NCBI GenBank assembly: GCA_012267415.1
Contig: JAAXGN010000008.1
Span: forward strand, 719 to 64,718
DNA: 64,000 nt
Reading direction: 5' to 3'
From: Candidatus Poribacteria bacterium
GTDB taxonomy: Bacteria; Poribacteria; WGA-4E; WGA-3G
A model generated the notes under the pieces. It was given only the letters and a program-made list of their open reading frames with translations, made no database searches and had not been told where the DNA came from. Each line of letters begins with the position of its first letter. The stretch's first letter is position 1. This document shows positions 19,399 through 29,820 of this stretch, one piece after another. Position numbers and translations under genes: made by a program.

Positions 19399-19517
19399 AT
19401 AATTAATGGGACATTTTAACATTTACGAAGGATACCCAGTGTAGGGGCGAGGTCACCTCGCCCGTTGTGAAGTCAGTCAATATTTTTACTGGCATTAATT
19501 CTAAAGTTCGCTATAAA
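19393..19517. mobile_element. MITE-like element with a central GTAG hairpin; paralog of 56325-56406
   Basis: The left end is agtgaataattaatgggaca, which overlaps the murJ stop codon. The core is GTAGgggcgaggtcacctcgcccgt (19441-19465). The right end is ctggcattaattctaaagttcgctata. The block 19434-19515 is roughly 85 percent identical by eye to 56325-56406. Confidence 0.65.
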
Positions 19518-19532
19518 TGAGTTGAGGGGAAA

Positions 19533-20312
19533 ATGTTAACGAAACGAATAATTCCATGTTTAGATGTCCGCGCTGGAAAGGTTACAAAAGGTATTGCCTT
19601 CAAAGGAAATGTAGATGTTGGTGATCCTGTTGAAATGGCGCGGTTTTACTATGAGAGCGGGGCAGACGAACTTGTCTTTTACGACATCACTGCTAGTAAC
19701 GAAGGACGAGATATTATGATTGATGTTGTCTCTTCTGTTGCAGCAGAAATATTCATACCGTTTTCTGTCGGTGGCGGCTTGCGGACGCTTGAAGACATGC
19801 GGCGCGTCTTACTGGCGGGAGCAGAGAAGGTCAGCATAGATTCAGGGGCAGTACGGAATCCTCAGATAATCGCTGAAGGAGCACATGCATTCGGAAGTCA
19901 ATGTGTTGTCTTGAGTATGCAAGTAAAAAAAGTTCCAAAACATGAGAAGATACCGAGTGGATATGAAATTTTTATTGATGGTGGACGAACACCCGTCGGT
20001 TGGGATGCGTTGGCGTGGTCGGTACGTGGTGTTGAGTTAGGGGCAGGTGAAATCGTGGTAAATAGTATTGATGCTGATGGCACAAAAGCTGGATATGAAT
20101 TGGAGTTAACAGGTGCGATCGCTGACCTTGTACCAGTCCCTGTTATTGCCTCTGGAGGAGCCGGGAATCCTCAGCATCTTCGTGATGTATTTGTTGAAAG
20201 TAGCGCAGATGCGGCAATTGTTGCATCAATTACACATTATGGGGAATTCACCATTGCAGGAATTAAAGACTACCTAAAGTCTCACAACGTCAGTATGCGG
20301 GATACTTGGTAA
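19533..20312 (+). CDS. hisF: imidazole glycerol phosphate synthase cyclase subunit HisF (or HisF-like)
   Basis: [15 protein letters not shown] and ASGGAGN. No hisH or hisA neighbour is present. Confidence 0.8.
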   Translation: MLTKRIIPCLDVRAGKVTKGIAFKGNVDVGDPVEMARFYYESGADELVFYDITASNEGRDIMIDVVSSVAAEIFIPFSVGGGLRTLEDMRRVLLAGAEKVSIDSGAVRNPQIIAEGAHAFGSQCVVLSMQVKKVPKHEKIPSGYEIFIDGGRTPVGWDALAWSVRGVELGAGEIVVNSIDADGTKAGYELELTGAIADLVPVPVIASGGAGNPQHLRDVFVESSADAAIVASITHYGEFTIAGIKDYLKSHNVSMRDTW

Positions 20313-20394
20313 TCGGTAAAATGCAACGACATTCAAGCAATATTAAATAATGAATTATCAATTTTCCGATTTTCTTGCAGGTGCCGACGAACCC

Positions 20395-20420
20395 GTAGGG
20401 GCGGGGTCTCCCCGCCCGTC
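20395..20420. repeat. GTAG-footed REP-like hairpin
   Basis: GTAGgggcggggtctccccgcccgtc, embedded in a wider inverted repeat aatattaaata / tatttaatatt. Confidence 0.7.
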
Positions 20421-20600
20421 ATTGCATATTTAATATTCAAACCTGCTTAAAGAAATAGGTTGTAAAACCAGGCAAAGATTGTGTATAATTTTGATGAACA
20501 AACAGCACATAACGTACAAAGCTAGCTGTTAGATGTAGTTGGATTTTCCCTTCAACATTGCAACAAGTTACTTACTCCAGTTCTATAAAAGAGTACTAAA

Positions 20601-21188
20601 ATGAATATACAGTGTAGCATACGGAATTCACTCATAGATGCACAAAACACACTCAATGATTTTATTAATAATACAGATAATATAACGGTCATATCGGAGG
20701 TAGCCTCTTTATTGCAAAAGGTGTTTACACAGAACTGTAAAGTATTCACTTGTGGTAATGGGGGAAGTATGTGTGATGCTATCCACTTTGCTGAAGAATG
20801 TACTGGTAGATTTCGCCATAATAGGCGACCACTTCCTGTTATTGCACTCAGTGATGTTGCGCATATCACTTGCACAGCAAATGACTATGACTTTGCTGAT
20901 ATTTTTGTTCGCCCCATTTTAGCACTTGGTAATCCAGGTGATTTGTTGATAGCAATTTCTACGAGTGGAAACTCCGAGAATGTCGTGCGAGCAGCAGCGG
21001 CAGCAAGGTCACGTCAGATGTATGTCTTCGGTTTGATTGGACAAGACGGGGGTCAACTAAAGGCGGATTGTGATAAATATATAATTGCCCCTGGAGATAC
21101 TGCGGATCGCACACAAGAAATCCATATTAAGGTCTTGCATATACTCATTGAACATGTAGAAAGACTTATGTTTCCAGAGAATTATTGA
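20601..21188 (+). CDS. gmhA: D-sedoheptulose-7-phosphate isomerase (SIS domain)
   Basis: CGNGGSMCDAIHFAEE and AISTSGNSENV; 195 aa. Confidence 0.85.
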   Translation: MNIQCSIRNSLIDAQNTLNDFINNTDNITVISEVASLLQKVFTQNCKVFTCGNGGSMCDAIHFAEECTGRFRHNRRPLPVIALSDVAHITCTANDYDFADIFVRPILALGNPGDLLIAISTSGNSENVVRAAAAARSRQMYVFGLIGQDGGQLKADCDKYIIAPGDTADRTQEIHIKVLHILIEHVERLMFPENY

Positions 21189-21258
21189 CAGAACTGTGTT
21201 AGTTTGATAGAATTCCATCATACCATTTCATATTATTAAAATAGAAGACTATTGTAAA

Positions 21259-22965
21259 ATGCGGAATGAATTTTCAAATAGCACACGTTGCCAAAATATA
21301 AAGACACTAAAAACGGAGCCGTTAGATGTTTTAGTTATCGGAGGTGGTATTGTAGGTGCTGGTTTGATCCGAGACTTGGCATTAAACGGTGATATCAAAG
21401 CAGGATTGATTGAACAGGGGGATTTTGCCTGCGGTACAAGTGGTGCCAGTTCTCAATTAATTCATGGCGGATTCCGTTATATTGCCAAACGCGATATTGC
21501 CCTTGTTAAGCAGTCCCGTAAGGAACGAGAAACCTTAACGCATATCGCACCTAATCTCGTAAAACCTATCCCATTAGCAATTCTCCGCTATAAAGGTGAC
21601 CCGTATCCACTTGCGGGTATCCGTCTTGCAGCACAATACTATAATCATCTATCAAAATCGGATGCATCCGAGAAAGCAAAGTTACATATTGATACTGATA
21701 AAATTCAGTCTAAAGTGGGTCCCATTTCAACCGATGGTTTAAAAGGTTGTGTAGTGTTATGGGATAGCATTGTTGACGATGCAAGGTTGACCCTGGCAAC
21801 GATAAAAGATGCACATTTGCATGGCGGTGTAATCGCAAATTACGTAGCGTTTGTTGAGTATGTTTCCACCCCAAATCCACCAGAGACGATGTATCGTGTT
21901 TTAGCAAAAGATTGTATAACGGATGAGTGTTTTGAGATTTGTGCAAGAAAGATTGTTTCAACAACTGGACCGTGGACAGACATGTTGTGGCAGAAAGACC
22001 CTAGCTATAATGGCAAACTACGATTGGAGAAAAAAAACGCTAAAGGTATTCATCTGATATTGCCGCGCTGTACTAAAGTTGACCCTACTGATAATTATGG
22101 GATTGTTGCATTAACACAATTTGAAAAGCAGCAGAATGCAAAGCAACGTGCTATCTTTATTCTTCCAGCCGATGATAATACATCTATAGTTGGCACAACA
22201 GAAACTACGCCTGAAGGTGATCCAAAGGATGTTCGTCCATCCGCTGATGAAGTCTCATATTTGCTTGATGAGGCAAAAAGACTTTTCCCAAGTATGTCAT
22301 TGGATCAGAATTCAATTATTGGTACCTATGCTGGTATACGTCCCCTGATTGCTAATAATCAGACAAAATTGATAGGCGATAGCAAGAATTTTGTTTCAAG
22401 AGAACATTTGATAACTGAAAGTCCGAGTGGTATCCTCTATGTATATGGTGGAAAACTCACGACACATCGCCTTATAGCGGAAGAGACAGTAGATTATATT
22501 GCAGATTTGTTAAGTGTGCCGCGTCAATGTAAGACTGCACGCTGCCCATTACCGAGTGCGAATTCAGATGTAATCGTTCCTGATGAACGCAAACAAGCGG
22601 ACAGCGAACACAGTCAATCTGTAGAGGTAGATCGAGAACGTCTTATTCAGAGATACGGCTACATCGGTTATCTAAGTATTCAGGAATTAGTTAATCGTGA
22701 TTCCAGTCTGGCAGAACGGATGACAACCGATCACCCCTTTTTGAAAGCGGAAATCCTCTATGCTTTCATGGGTGAAATGGCAATAACGCTTGATGACGTG
22801 TTGTGGAGAAGAACACGGATCGGATGGACTCAAGGACAAGGTTTAGACATTGCAGAGCAGATAGTGAACTTTCTCAGTAAGAACAACAATTGGAATGAGA
22901 CGAGGAAACTTGAGGAAATAGAGAGATATAAACAACACATTCAATGGTTGAATCAACATTTGTAA
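21259..22965 (+). CDS. glpD: FAD-dependent glycerol-3-phosphate dehydrogenase/oxidase
   Basis: DVLVIGGGIVGAGLIRDLA, SSQLIHGGFRY and GGKLTTHR; 568 aa. Confidence 0.8.
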   Translation: MRNEFSNSTRCQNIKTLKTEPLDVLVIGGGIVGAGLIRDLALNGDIKAGLIEQGDFACGTSGASSQLIHGGFRYIAKRDIALVKQSRKERETLTHIAPNLVKPIPLAILRYKGDPYPLAGIRLAAQYYNHLSKSDASEKAKLHIDTDKIQSKVGPISTDGLKGCVVLWDSIVDDARLTLATIKDAHLHGGVIANYVAFVEYVSTPNPPETMYRVLAKDCITDECFEICARKIVSTTGPWTDMLWQKDPSYNGKLRLEKKNAKGIHLILPRCTKVDPTDNYGIVALTQFEKQQNAKQRAIFILPADDNTSIVGTTETTPEGDPKDVRPSADEVSYLLDEAKRLFPSMSLDQNSIIGTYAGIRPLIANNQTKLIGDSKNFVSREHLITESPSGILYVYGGKLTTHRLIAEETVDYIADLLSVPRQCKTARCPLPSANSDVIVPDERKQADSEHSQSVEVDRERLIQRYGYIGYLSIQELVNRDSSLAERMTTDHPFLKAEILYAFMGEMAITLDDVLWRRTRIGWTQGQGLDIAEQIVNFLSKNNNWNETRKLEEIERYKQHIQWLNQHL

Positions 22966-23002
22966 GATTCATTACCTATAATCATCAATCTATAGTAGAA
23001 GC

Positions 23003-24022
23003 ATGACTTGGTTCCGTTTTGGTAATCCGGATTTTCTGATTTATATTTTATTCGGGTTGCCTATTTTTTTATTTCTGTTACGATTCGGTTGGCATAGAAA
23101 ACAGAAAGCGATACTGCTTTACCAAAGCAGTATGAGTGCTTCTGACATAAAACGACAAAAGGTTCAGGTCGTATTCTTGATCTTGATATTCCTTGCTATA
23201 TTTCTTGCCCTTACATTTCCGCAGTGGGGAAACAAACCTGAAACTGTTGCTGAAAAATTGGATGTGATGCTGGCATTGGACACTTCTACAAGTATGCTTG
23301 CTACCGATGGTGATTCTGTGCGTAGGCTTACCCGTGCAAAAAATGTGATTTTTGAACTGCTGGATCAACTACAGGATGACCGTGTCGGACTCCTCTATTT
23401 TGCTGAAGCAGGTGTTGTCGTATGTCCACTGACAGACGATGTTAGCACTATCAGAGAGTTTTTGTCTGCGTTGAAACCCGAATCACTGGTGCATCGTGGA
23501 ACTCGTATCGGCAATGCAATAGAGATCGCGAAGGAACGATTCATTCGTGAAGGTAGCGAGTCTGTTCCTACCATGACAAATGCAAGTGGACATAAAGTGC
23601 TGATTCTATTTACTGATGGTGAGGACCACGGTGAGGATGTATCTGAGTCAGTGGAAGCAGCGAAAATGGAGGGAATATCTATCTACTGTGTCGGTTTTGG
23701 GGATTCTGGCAAGTCTGTACCTATTCCGCTGCCTGATGAAAGCATGGGATACAAACGCGATACAAGAGGTCAACTCGTGCTAACAACCTTGGATGAAGAG
23801 GGGTTGTTTGAATTGGCTAAGTCGGGTGATGGCAACTACTATCATGCAGATATAGGGGTTTCTCAGTTGATGTCAGATTTAGCAAGGCTTGAGAAGCAGA
23901 GATATAAGATTCCTGCAGATGGTGAATTGAGGGATAAATTTCAATGGTTTATTTTTATTGCAATAGTATTCTTGGTGGCGGAATTACTTATGCAGCAGTG
24001 GAGAATGCATGCTGATAATTGA
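23003..24022 (+). CDS. BatA/BatB-like vWA-domain membrane protein
   Basis: Two N-terminal TM segments, MIDAS LDTSTSM, LFTDGEDHGED and a C-terminal TM segment. Confidence 0.75.
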   Translation: MTWFRFGNPDFLIYILFGLPIFLFLLRFGWHRKQKAILLYQSSMSASDIKRQKVQVVFLILIFLAIFLALTFPQWGNKPETVAEKLDVMLALDTSTSMLATDGDSVRRLTRAKNVIFELLDQLQDDRVGLLYFAEAGVVVCPLTDDVSTIREFLSALKPESLVHRGTRIGNAIEIAKERFIREGSESVPTMTNASGHKVLILFTDGEDHGEDVSESVEAAKMEGISIYCVGFGDSGKSVPIPLPDESMGYKRDTRGQLVLTTLDEEGLFELAKSGDGNYYHADIGVSQLMSDLARLEKQRYKIPADGELRDKFQWFIFIAIVFLVAELLMQQWRMHADN

Positions 24023-24045
24023 CATTTTTAGAGGACGTGTAATGC

Positions 24046-25056
24046 TTACGTCTTTTTATACATCAATCCCGCAGGACGGAAACGCATTAAGAGAACTAAG
24101 ATTACGCCAAAGAGGAGCATACGGGATCCGGCGATTTCAGGATACTTTGATAAAGCCTCACGGAGTATTTCACCTAACGAACCAAGAATGACAGCACCTA
24201 ACATTGCCCCCCTGATGCTTCCCATGCCACCCAAGACGACCATGCAGAGTATGAAGATGGATTCCCAGAAATCAAAAGATTGTGCGCTAAAATTGACTTG
24301 AAATTGTGCTAAGAATGCTCCGCCAATGCCGCCTATTGCAGCACTCACTGCAAATGCCAAGGATTTGTAACGACCGACGTTTATTCCCATACTCTCTGCA
24401 GCCTGTTCATCTTCGCGAATTGCAACCCAAGCTCTGCCTACTCTTGAGTTTTGCAACCTATAGGTAACGAAAATGACTAAAACCAATAGGATTATTATGT
24501 GGTAGTAGTTGTGCCAGATTTGGTCGAAAGAGAAATTGGTGAATGGTATTGTCGGTGCTGGAACGCCGCGCACTTGTCCGTTAGGAGCACCACCTGTCAA
24601 CCACAGTTCATTTTTGACGATACGGAAGAATAGCTCTGCAAAACCGAAAGTAACGATGGCAAAGTAGTCTCCGGTTAACCGCAAAGTAGGTATTCCTCTT
24701 AATAATCCCCATGCAGTTGCGTGTACCACTGCCAGGGGTAAGGCAATCCAATAATGAACACCATGAAGTGACATAAGTATGCCTACCGTATACCCGCCGA
24801 TGAGATAAAACGCAACATATCCTAAATCAAGCAGACCTGTAAAACCGCAGACAATGTTTAGTCCAATAGCAAGTAGCATATAGAGACATGCGCGGACGAG
24901 AATCCGAAGAATATAATCGGCACCGGGCCATCCAAAACTGATCCTGTATTGATCTAATAATAGACTACTAATATCATCAATGCCGAACAGGAACCAGGGT
25001 AGTGCACAGATGGCAATACAGAGAATGATGTTCCTTGGTGTAAGTTTATCCTTCAT
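24046..25056 (-). CDS. livM: branched-chain amino acid ABC transporter permease
   Basis: 336-aa polytopic protein adjacent to a livH-like gene and a Leu/Ile/Val-type binding protein. Confidence 0.85.
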   Translation of the reverse strand: MKDKLTPRNIILCIAICALPWFLFGIDDISSLLLDQYRISFGWPGADYILRILVRACLYMLLAIGLNIVCGFTGLLDLGYVAFYLIGGYTVGILMSLHGVHYWIALPLAVVHATAWGLLRGIPTLRLTGDYFAIVTFGFAELFFRIVKNELWLTGGAPNGQVRGVPAPTIPFTNFSFDQIWHNYYHIIILLVLVIFVTYRLQNSRVGRAWVAIREDEQAAESMGINVGRYKSLAFAVSAAIGGIGGAFLAQFQVNFSAQSFDFWESIFILCMVVLGGMGSIRGAMLGAVILGSLGEILREALSKYPEIAGSRMLLFGVILVLLMRFRPAGLMYKKT

Positions 25057-25083
25057 ACATTAACCTTTATATTAGATTTTTAC

Positions 25084-25974
25084 CTATGCACGCTTGCTTG
25101 TTGCCTTTCCAAATAGACCGGTTGGACGAATCAGTATTACGAGTATCATGATGATATACGCAAATGCGATTCTATAACCTGAGTGAAGATCAGCACCAAA
25201 TGCCTCTGCGATACCGATGAGCAACCCCCCGACTATTGCACCTGTGACGCTGCCGATACCCCCCAGCACTGCTGCTGCGAACGCTGCAACTCCCTTATAG
25301 TAACCCATGGTGGGTGTGACATTTTCACTCAGTCCAACCATCACACCAGCAACTGCTCCTAATGCAGACCCGACTGCAAAAGTTGCTAAAATCACTCTAT
25401 TTGCATTAATACCCATGAGATTGGCTGCGACAGCATTCTGTGCACATGCTCGCATAGCCTTTCCTATTCTTGTATAGTATATCAATAGGTTGAGAATAAT
25501 CATCAACACGACTGCAATCAGTAGAATAAAAACATCCCGATAAGGCAGCGTACCACCCCCTGGTAGAGGAATTACGTTGTCAAAGAGTGATGGTAACGAA
25601 TCTGGTGGATAAACTTGAGGTTCTGCTGTCCAAAATATCCGTGCCAGGTTCTGAAGTGCAATTGAAATTCCAATGGCAGTTATCAAAGCAGACAAACGGG
25701 GTGCAGTGCGCAGGGGACGATAGGCTACATAATCAATCAACATGCCTAACAACGCACATAGCAACATCGCTAACGGTAATGCAAACCAAAACGGGATGTG
25801 GAATACGGTGATAAGGATCAGTCCGAAGTAGGCACCAAACATGTAAATTTCACCGTGTGCAAAGTTAATCAGTTGAATGATGCCGTAAACCATGGTGTAA
25901 CCAACGGCTATAAGCGCGTAGATTCCACCTTGAACCAAACCGTTGATTAACTGTTCAAATATCTGTGCCCACAT
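25084..25974 (-). CDS. livH: branched-chain amino acid ABC transporter permease
   Basis: INFAHGEIYMFGAYF and a 296-aa polytopic layout. Confidence 0.87.
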   Translation of the reverse strand: MWAQIFEQLINGLVQGGIYALIAVGYTMVYGIIQLINFAHGEIYMFGAYFGLILITVFHIPFWFALPLAMLLCALLGMLIDYVAYRPLRTAPRLSALITAIGISIALQNLARIFWTAEPQVYPPDSLPSLFDNVIPLPGGGTLPYRDVFILLIAVVLMIILNLLIYYTRIGKAMRACAQNAVAANLMGINANRVILATFAVGSALGAVAGVMVGLSENVTPTMGYYKGVAAFAAAVLGGIGSVTGAIVGGLLIGIAEAFGADLHSGYRIAFAYIIMILVILIRPTGLFGKATSKRA

Positions 25975-26052
25975 ATACTTGACTTTCTATGTATCGGGAA
26001 TAGAGAATTAGAATAATGTTCAATTCAAAAAACGCGTCATTCTGTATTACGT

Positions 26053-27219
26053 TTATTTCAGTTCAAGCAGTTGTTTCTCTGCGCGGACAAACTTCCCGTC
26101 CCTAACAACTTTAACATAAGCGGGTTTATCAACTGTGTCACCATTGTGATCAAAATATGTGAGACCCGTTACACCCTTATATCCTTCTTCAGGTGTATCA
26201 ATTGCTGCAAGATGCTCGCGAATGGCACTACGATTCTCTGCGAGTTCTGCTTCAGGATTGTAAGTTGCTGCTAAGGCTTCAGCGATCATTCCCACAGCGT
26301 CGTAAGTTAATGCTGCCCATGTATCTGGGGGAACCTTGTGATGTTTTTCAAAATTGGCAGCCATTTCCTTCGCTTTTGGATCGTCTTCACCAAACAGGAA
26401 AGGTGTCGTAATGTATGTGCCTTCAGCAGCGCGTGATCCCGCAGTTGTCAAAAAAACTTCATTGTCAATCCCATCAGCACCGAAGAACTGTGAAGTAACG
26501 CCTGCCTCGCGGGCTTGTTTGACAATTAAACCGGCTTGTGCATAAAGACCTGAGATGAAAATGGCATCCGGTTTCTTTCCCTTTATACTGGTGAGTTGTG
26601 CTTTGAAGTTTGTTGTATCTTCTTCATAAGCCTCTGATGCCACGAGCGTGAGGCCAGTTTTTTCTACTTCAGCGACAAATGCGTCTCTGAGTCCACGACC
26701 ATAGTCATCGTTATGAAAAAAGACCGCGACAGTCTCAATCCCAGTCAATTCATTATCTATGTATTGCGCGATAAACTTGCCTTGAAAATCATCACGGTAT
26801 AAGTTGCGAAATGTCCATTTGCTACCTACGCAGACATCAACATTTGTTGAACCTGGTGAAAACTCAACAATTCCAGCTCTATCATAGATCTCCTGACCTG
26901 ATAATGTACATTTGCTGTTAAAATGACCAACAACTGCTAATGTTTCTTTGTCGTTAGCGATTCTTTCAGCAACAAGCGTTGCTTCAGATTCATCACCAGC
27001 ATCGTCTCTAAAAACGATTGCAAGCATTGTACCGTTTATTCCGCCCGCGTCGTTTATCTCTTTCAGTTTGAGTTCAGCTCCCTTTTTTATCATTTCCCCA
27101 AAGGCTGCAGAACCTCCTGTAATGGGAGCAGCAACTGCTATTTTTAGTTTATCTGAAGGTTGACAACCAGAAAAGGTAATTAATCCTAATATCAACACTC
27201 CTACATACCACATTCTCAT
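26053..27219 (-). CDS. ABC transporter substrate-binding lipoprotein (Leu/Ile/Val-binding family)
   Basis: Lipobox LITFSGC and KIAVAAPITGGSAAFGEMIKKGAELKLKEINDAGGINGT. I chose the ATG at 27219 (GGAG about 9 nt upstream); the ORF track extends to 27255. Confidence 0.85.
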   Translation of the reverse strand: MRMWYVGVLILGLITFSGCQPSDKLKIAVAAPITGGSAAFGEMIKKGAELKLKEINDAGGINGTMLAIVFRDDAGDESEATLVAERIANDKETLAVVGHFNSKCTLSGQEIYDRAGIVEFSPGSTNVDVCVGSKWTFRNLYRDDFQGKFIAQYIDNELTGIETVAVFFHNDDYGRGLRDAFVAEVEKTGLTLVASEAYEEDTTNFKAQLTSIKGKKPDAIFISGLYAQAGLIVKQAREAGVTSQFFGADGIDNEVFLTTAGSRAAEGTYITTPFLFGEDDPKAKEMAANFEKHHKVPPDTWAALTYDAVGMIAEALAATYNPEAELAENRSAIREHLAAIDTPEEGYKGVTGLTYFDHNGDTVDKPAYVKVVRDGKFVRAEKQLLELK

Positions 27220-27317
27220 TAATCTACTCTCCTTCAATAAGTTTGTCTGTAGCACATTCTGTTAGATTGTGCGTTGGTAATACAAGTTAGGTCACTGCAC
27301 CCATATTATAACGGCAA

Positions 27318-28100
27318 TCAGTTCTTTGCGATGACCTGTTTAAAATCAAAATTAAATTTTAGTTTTTCATGTTTCTCTTCAGAATGAATTATACTGATTT
27401 CTGGCACGATAATCCTCATATCAACAGTGTCACGATTCAATCTATCAAAAACAATGAGTCCACTTCGTTTCGCACCTTTAAACAACTTACCACTCTCAAA
27501 TAGACTTTCAGCTGCAAATTCTTGTCCTGCCTGCAGTGACGCGATATCCAGATATGAACGGTAATGTGGATAATATGGATGGTAATGTGGAATAGTTCTG
27601 GATTGTTGTAGATTTTGATCTGTATTCGGCACACTCCCGTAAAGGTCTTCAAAGTAATCGAAAGGTAAATTTGCGTATTGTGCCCCGTTTCGCTCTATGA
27701 GTTGTGCGGATTCCTCAACGACAACCCTTGGTGTTGTCAAATTGTGAACAGTCATAAGAAAAACAGTGTACATAGGTTCAACGTTGCCGTTATTCTCTAC
27801 GACGAGATAAGGATTGATATGCGGGTCTTCCGTCAGGGAATACATCTCTATTTCATCTAACGGTTCTAATGTTACTGCTACACCCTTCTTTTGCATTGTA
27901 ACAGCACCTGTCTGCGGATCAATCTTTGTGTCAACTTGTCCTTCAATTGCTTCAATAAAAACATCAATCTCAGGATTGGGTGCTATGGCACAACCTGTTA
28001 ACAGTGTGCCTATTAGAATATACATGACAAAGGATTGCTTAGAGGATATTATCTTGTTCAGTATTTGTCGTGTCATGACTTCTATTCTCCAATTGCCCAA
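27318..28100 (-). CDS. hypothetical lipoprotein
   Basis: Lipobox LLTGCA. No recognisable domain. Confidence 0.55.
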   Translation of the reverse strand: MGNWRIEVMTRQILNKIISSKQSFVMYILIGTLLTGCAIAPNPEIDVFIEAIEGQVDTKIDPQTGAVTMQKKGVAVTLEPLDEIEMYSLTEDPHINPYLVVENNGNVEPMYTVFLMTVHNLTTPRVVVEESAQLIERNGAQYANLPFDYFEDLYGSVPNTDQNLQQSRTIPHYHPYYPHYRSYLDIASLQAGQEFAAESLFESGKLFKGAKRSGLIVFDRLNRDTVDMRIIVPEISIIHSEEKHEKLKFNFDFKQVIAKN

Positions 28101-28281
28101 TTGTTATTCTATGACTTTTCTATATTTTACACAAAGGTTTTTTTATTGTCAAGGATTTTATTAGGAAAAACAGGACTTATTGACATTTAAAGCACTTTCC
28201 GCGTTTTCCGTGTCCTCCGCGTAATCCGCGATTCAGACAAATAGAGTGACAAAACTTTACACACCCACTCCAATAAAACAC

Positions 28282-28310
28282 TTTACAATCTTAACAGTTT
28301 AATATACAAT
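28282..28310 (+). promoter_or_regulatory. putative sigma70-type promoter upstream of purB
   Basis: TTTACA (28282-28287), a 17-nt spacer, then TACAAT (28305-28310), 34 nt upstream of the purB ATG. Confidence 0.4.
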
Positions 28311-28343
28311 TAAAACCAAAAACTTGGAGAGACACGTAAATAC

Positions 28344-29759
28344 ATGCAACTATATGAAGCTGTCAGTCCTTTAGATTTTAGATACTATGGCGGCGATGAA
28401 ACTTTTATGAAACGACTGCTCCCCTACGTCTCTGAAGCAGGATATGTAACCTGTCAAGCGAAGGTAGAGGCAGCGTTAGTTCGGACACTTGCGAAATATG
28501 GTGTCTGCACAACCGAAATTGCAGATGAAGTCGAACAAGCGGTGGAACACGTAACAGCAGAAGAGGTATACGAAGAACAGAGGCGTATCAGACACAACAT
28601 ACGTTCACTCGTAAATGTCATCCGCAGAAAAATCAGTCCTGAAGCACGTCCCTACGTCCACCTGTTTGCAACGTCAGCAGACATCTTGGATACGGCTACA
28701 GCGATAAGATTCAAAACACTCATTGCAGATGTGATTGTTCCGGATATGATTGCATTAGAAAAGCAATTGATCGCATTAGCACGAGAACATGCGGATACAC
28801 CCCAAATAGGAAGAACACACGGACAACACGCAGAACCGATTACTTATGGTTACGCGTTGGCACTCTATGTCAGTAGACTCGGTACCCGGATTGAAAAAGT
28901 ACACGAAGCAGGACAAAACTTACGCGGGCAATTTTCGGGTGCGGTTGGCGCATTCAACGGATTGGCATTGATACATAAAAGTCCTGAAAAAATAGAGGCT
29001 GATTTTCTTGAATTACTCAACCTGAAGCCATCGGACACGCATACGTCAACACAGTGTGTAGAACCAGAGTTCATCTCAGATTTAGCATATCAAATCACAG
29101 CTGCCTATACAATACTTGCAAACTTCGCTGATGATATGCGACATCTCTATCGCACCGAAATTGCAGAGGTCGGAAGGAAATATAACCCACAACTTGTTGG
29201 CTCGTCCACGATGCCGCACAAAGTTAATCCAGAAGCTTATGAGAACATCAAGAGTCTATGGAAAGCTTTTGTGCCACGCATGCAGACAGTATTCCTGGAT
29301 AGCATCTTAGAGCATCAACGCGACCTAACGAATTCCGCATCCAGTCGCTTTTTGACGGAGTTGGTTACGGCGTTCGACTATGCTATCTACAGACTTCGCA
29401 AGGCATTGGGCGAGATGGATGTAAAGTCAGAAAATATGATGCGGAACCTTGAAATGAGTGCGGAGGATACAATCGCAGAACCTATCTATCTATTGATGGC
29501 GTATCACGGATTTCCAGATGCTTACGATCATACACGTAAACTGATTGCACAAGTTCACCAAACAGGCAAGAGCCTGTCAACACTACTCTGGGAGGATGAG
29601 ACATTTCAACCGTTCCTTGATAAGTTAACGGAACCGCAACGCGAAGCATTACGTTCACCAACGAACTATATCGGTGCTTCGGTGCAAAGAACGCATGCAA
29701 CATGTGATGAATGGGAAAAACGGGTAGACAACTTGATGGACAGTCTTGAGACTACATAG
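28344..29759 (+). CDS. purB: adenylosuccinate lyase (fumarate-lyase superfamily)
   Basis: SPLDFRY at the N-terminus and the lyase signature GSSTMPHKVNP; 471 aa. Confidence 0.85.
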   Translation: MQLYEAVSPLDFRYYGGDETFMKRLLPYVSEAGYVTCQAKVEAALVRTLAKYGVCTTEIADEVEQAVEHVTAEEVYEEQRRIRHNIRSLVNVIRRKISPEARPYVHLFATSADILDTATAIRFKTLIADVIVPDMIALEKQLIALAREHADTPQIGRTHGQHAEPITYGYALALYVSRLGTRIEKVHEAGQNLRGQFSGAVGAFNGLALIHKSPEKIEADFLELLNLKPSDTHTSTQCVEPEFISDLAYQITAAYTILANFADDMRHLYRTEIAEVGRKYNPQLVGSSTMPHKVNPEAYENIKSLWKAFVPRMQTVFLDSILEHQRDLTNSASSRFLTELVTAFDYAIYRLRKALGEMDVKSENMMRNLEMSAEDTIAEPIYLLMAYHGFPDAYDHTRKLIAQVHQTGKSLSTLLWEDETFQPFLDKLTEPQREALRSPTNYIGASVQRTHATCDEWEKRVDNLMDSLETT

Positions 29760-29820
29760 GTGAATACGGCATCAAGTGTCGGGTACGCAACAGGAACACT
29801 GAAAAACTCAGTCAATTGCC

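Noticed and set aside
24009-24191. 60-aa ORF bridging the BatA-like gene stop and the livM 3-prime end
   Set aside because: It overlaps the convergent ends of two well-supported genes and has no RBS.
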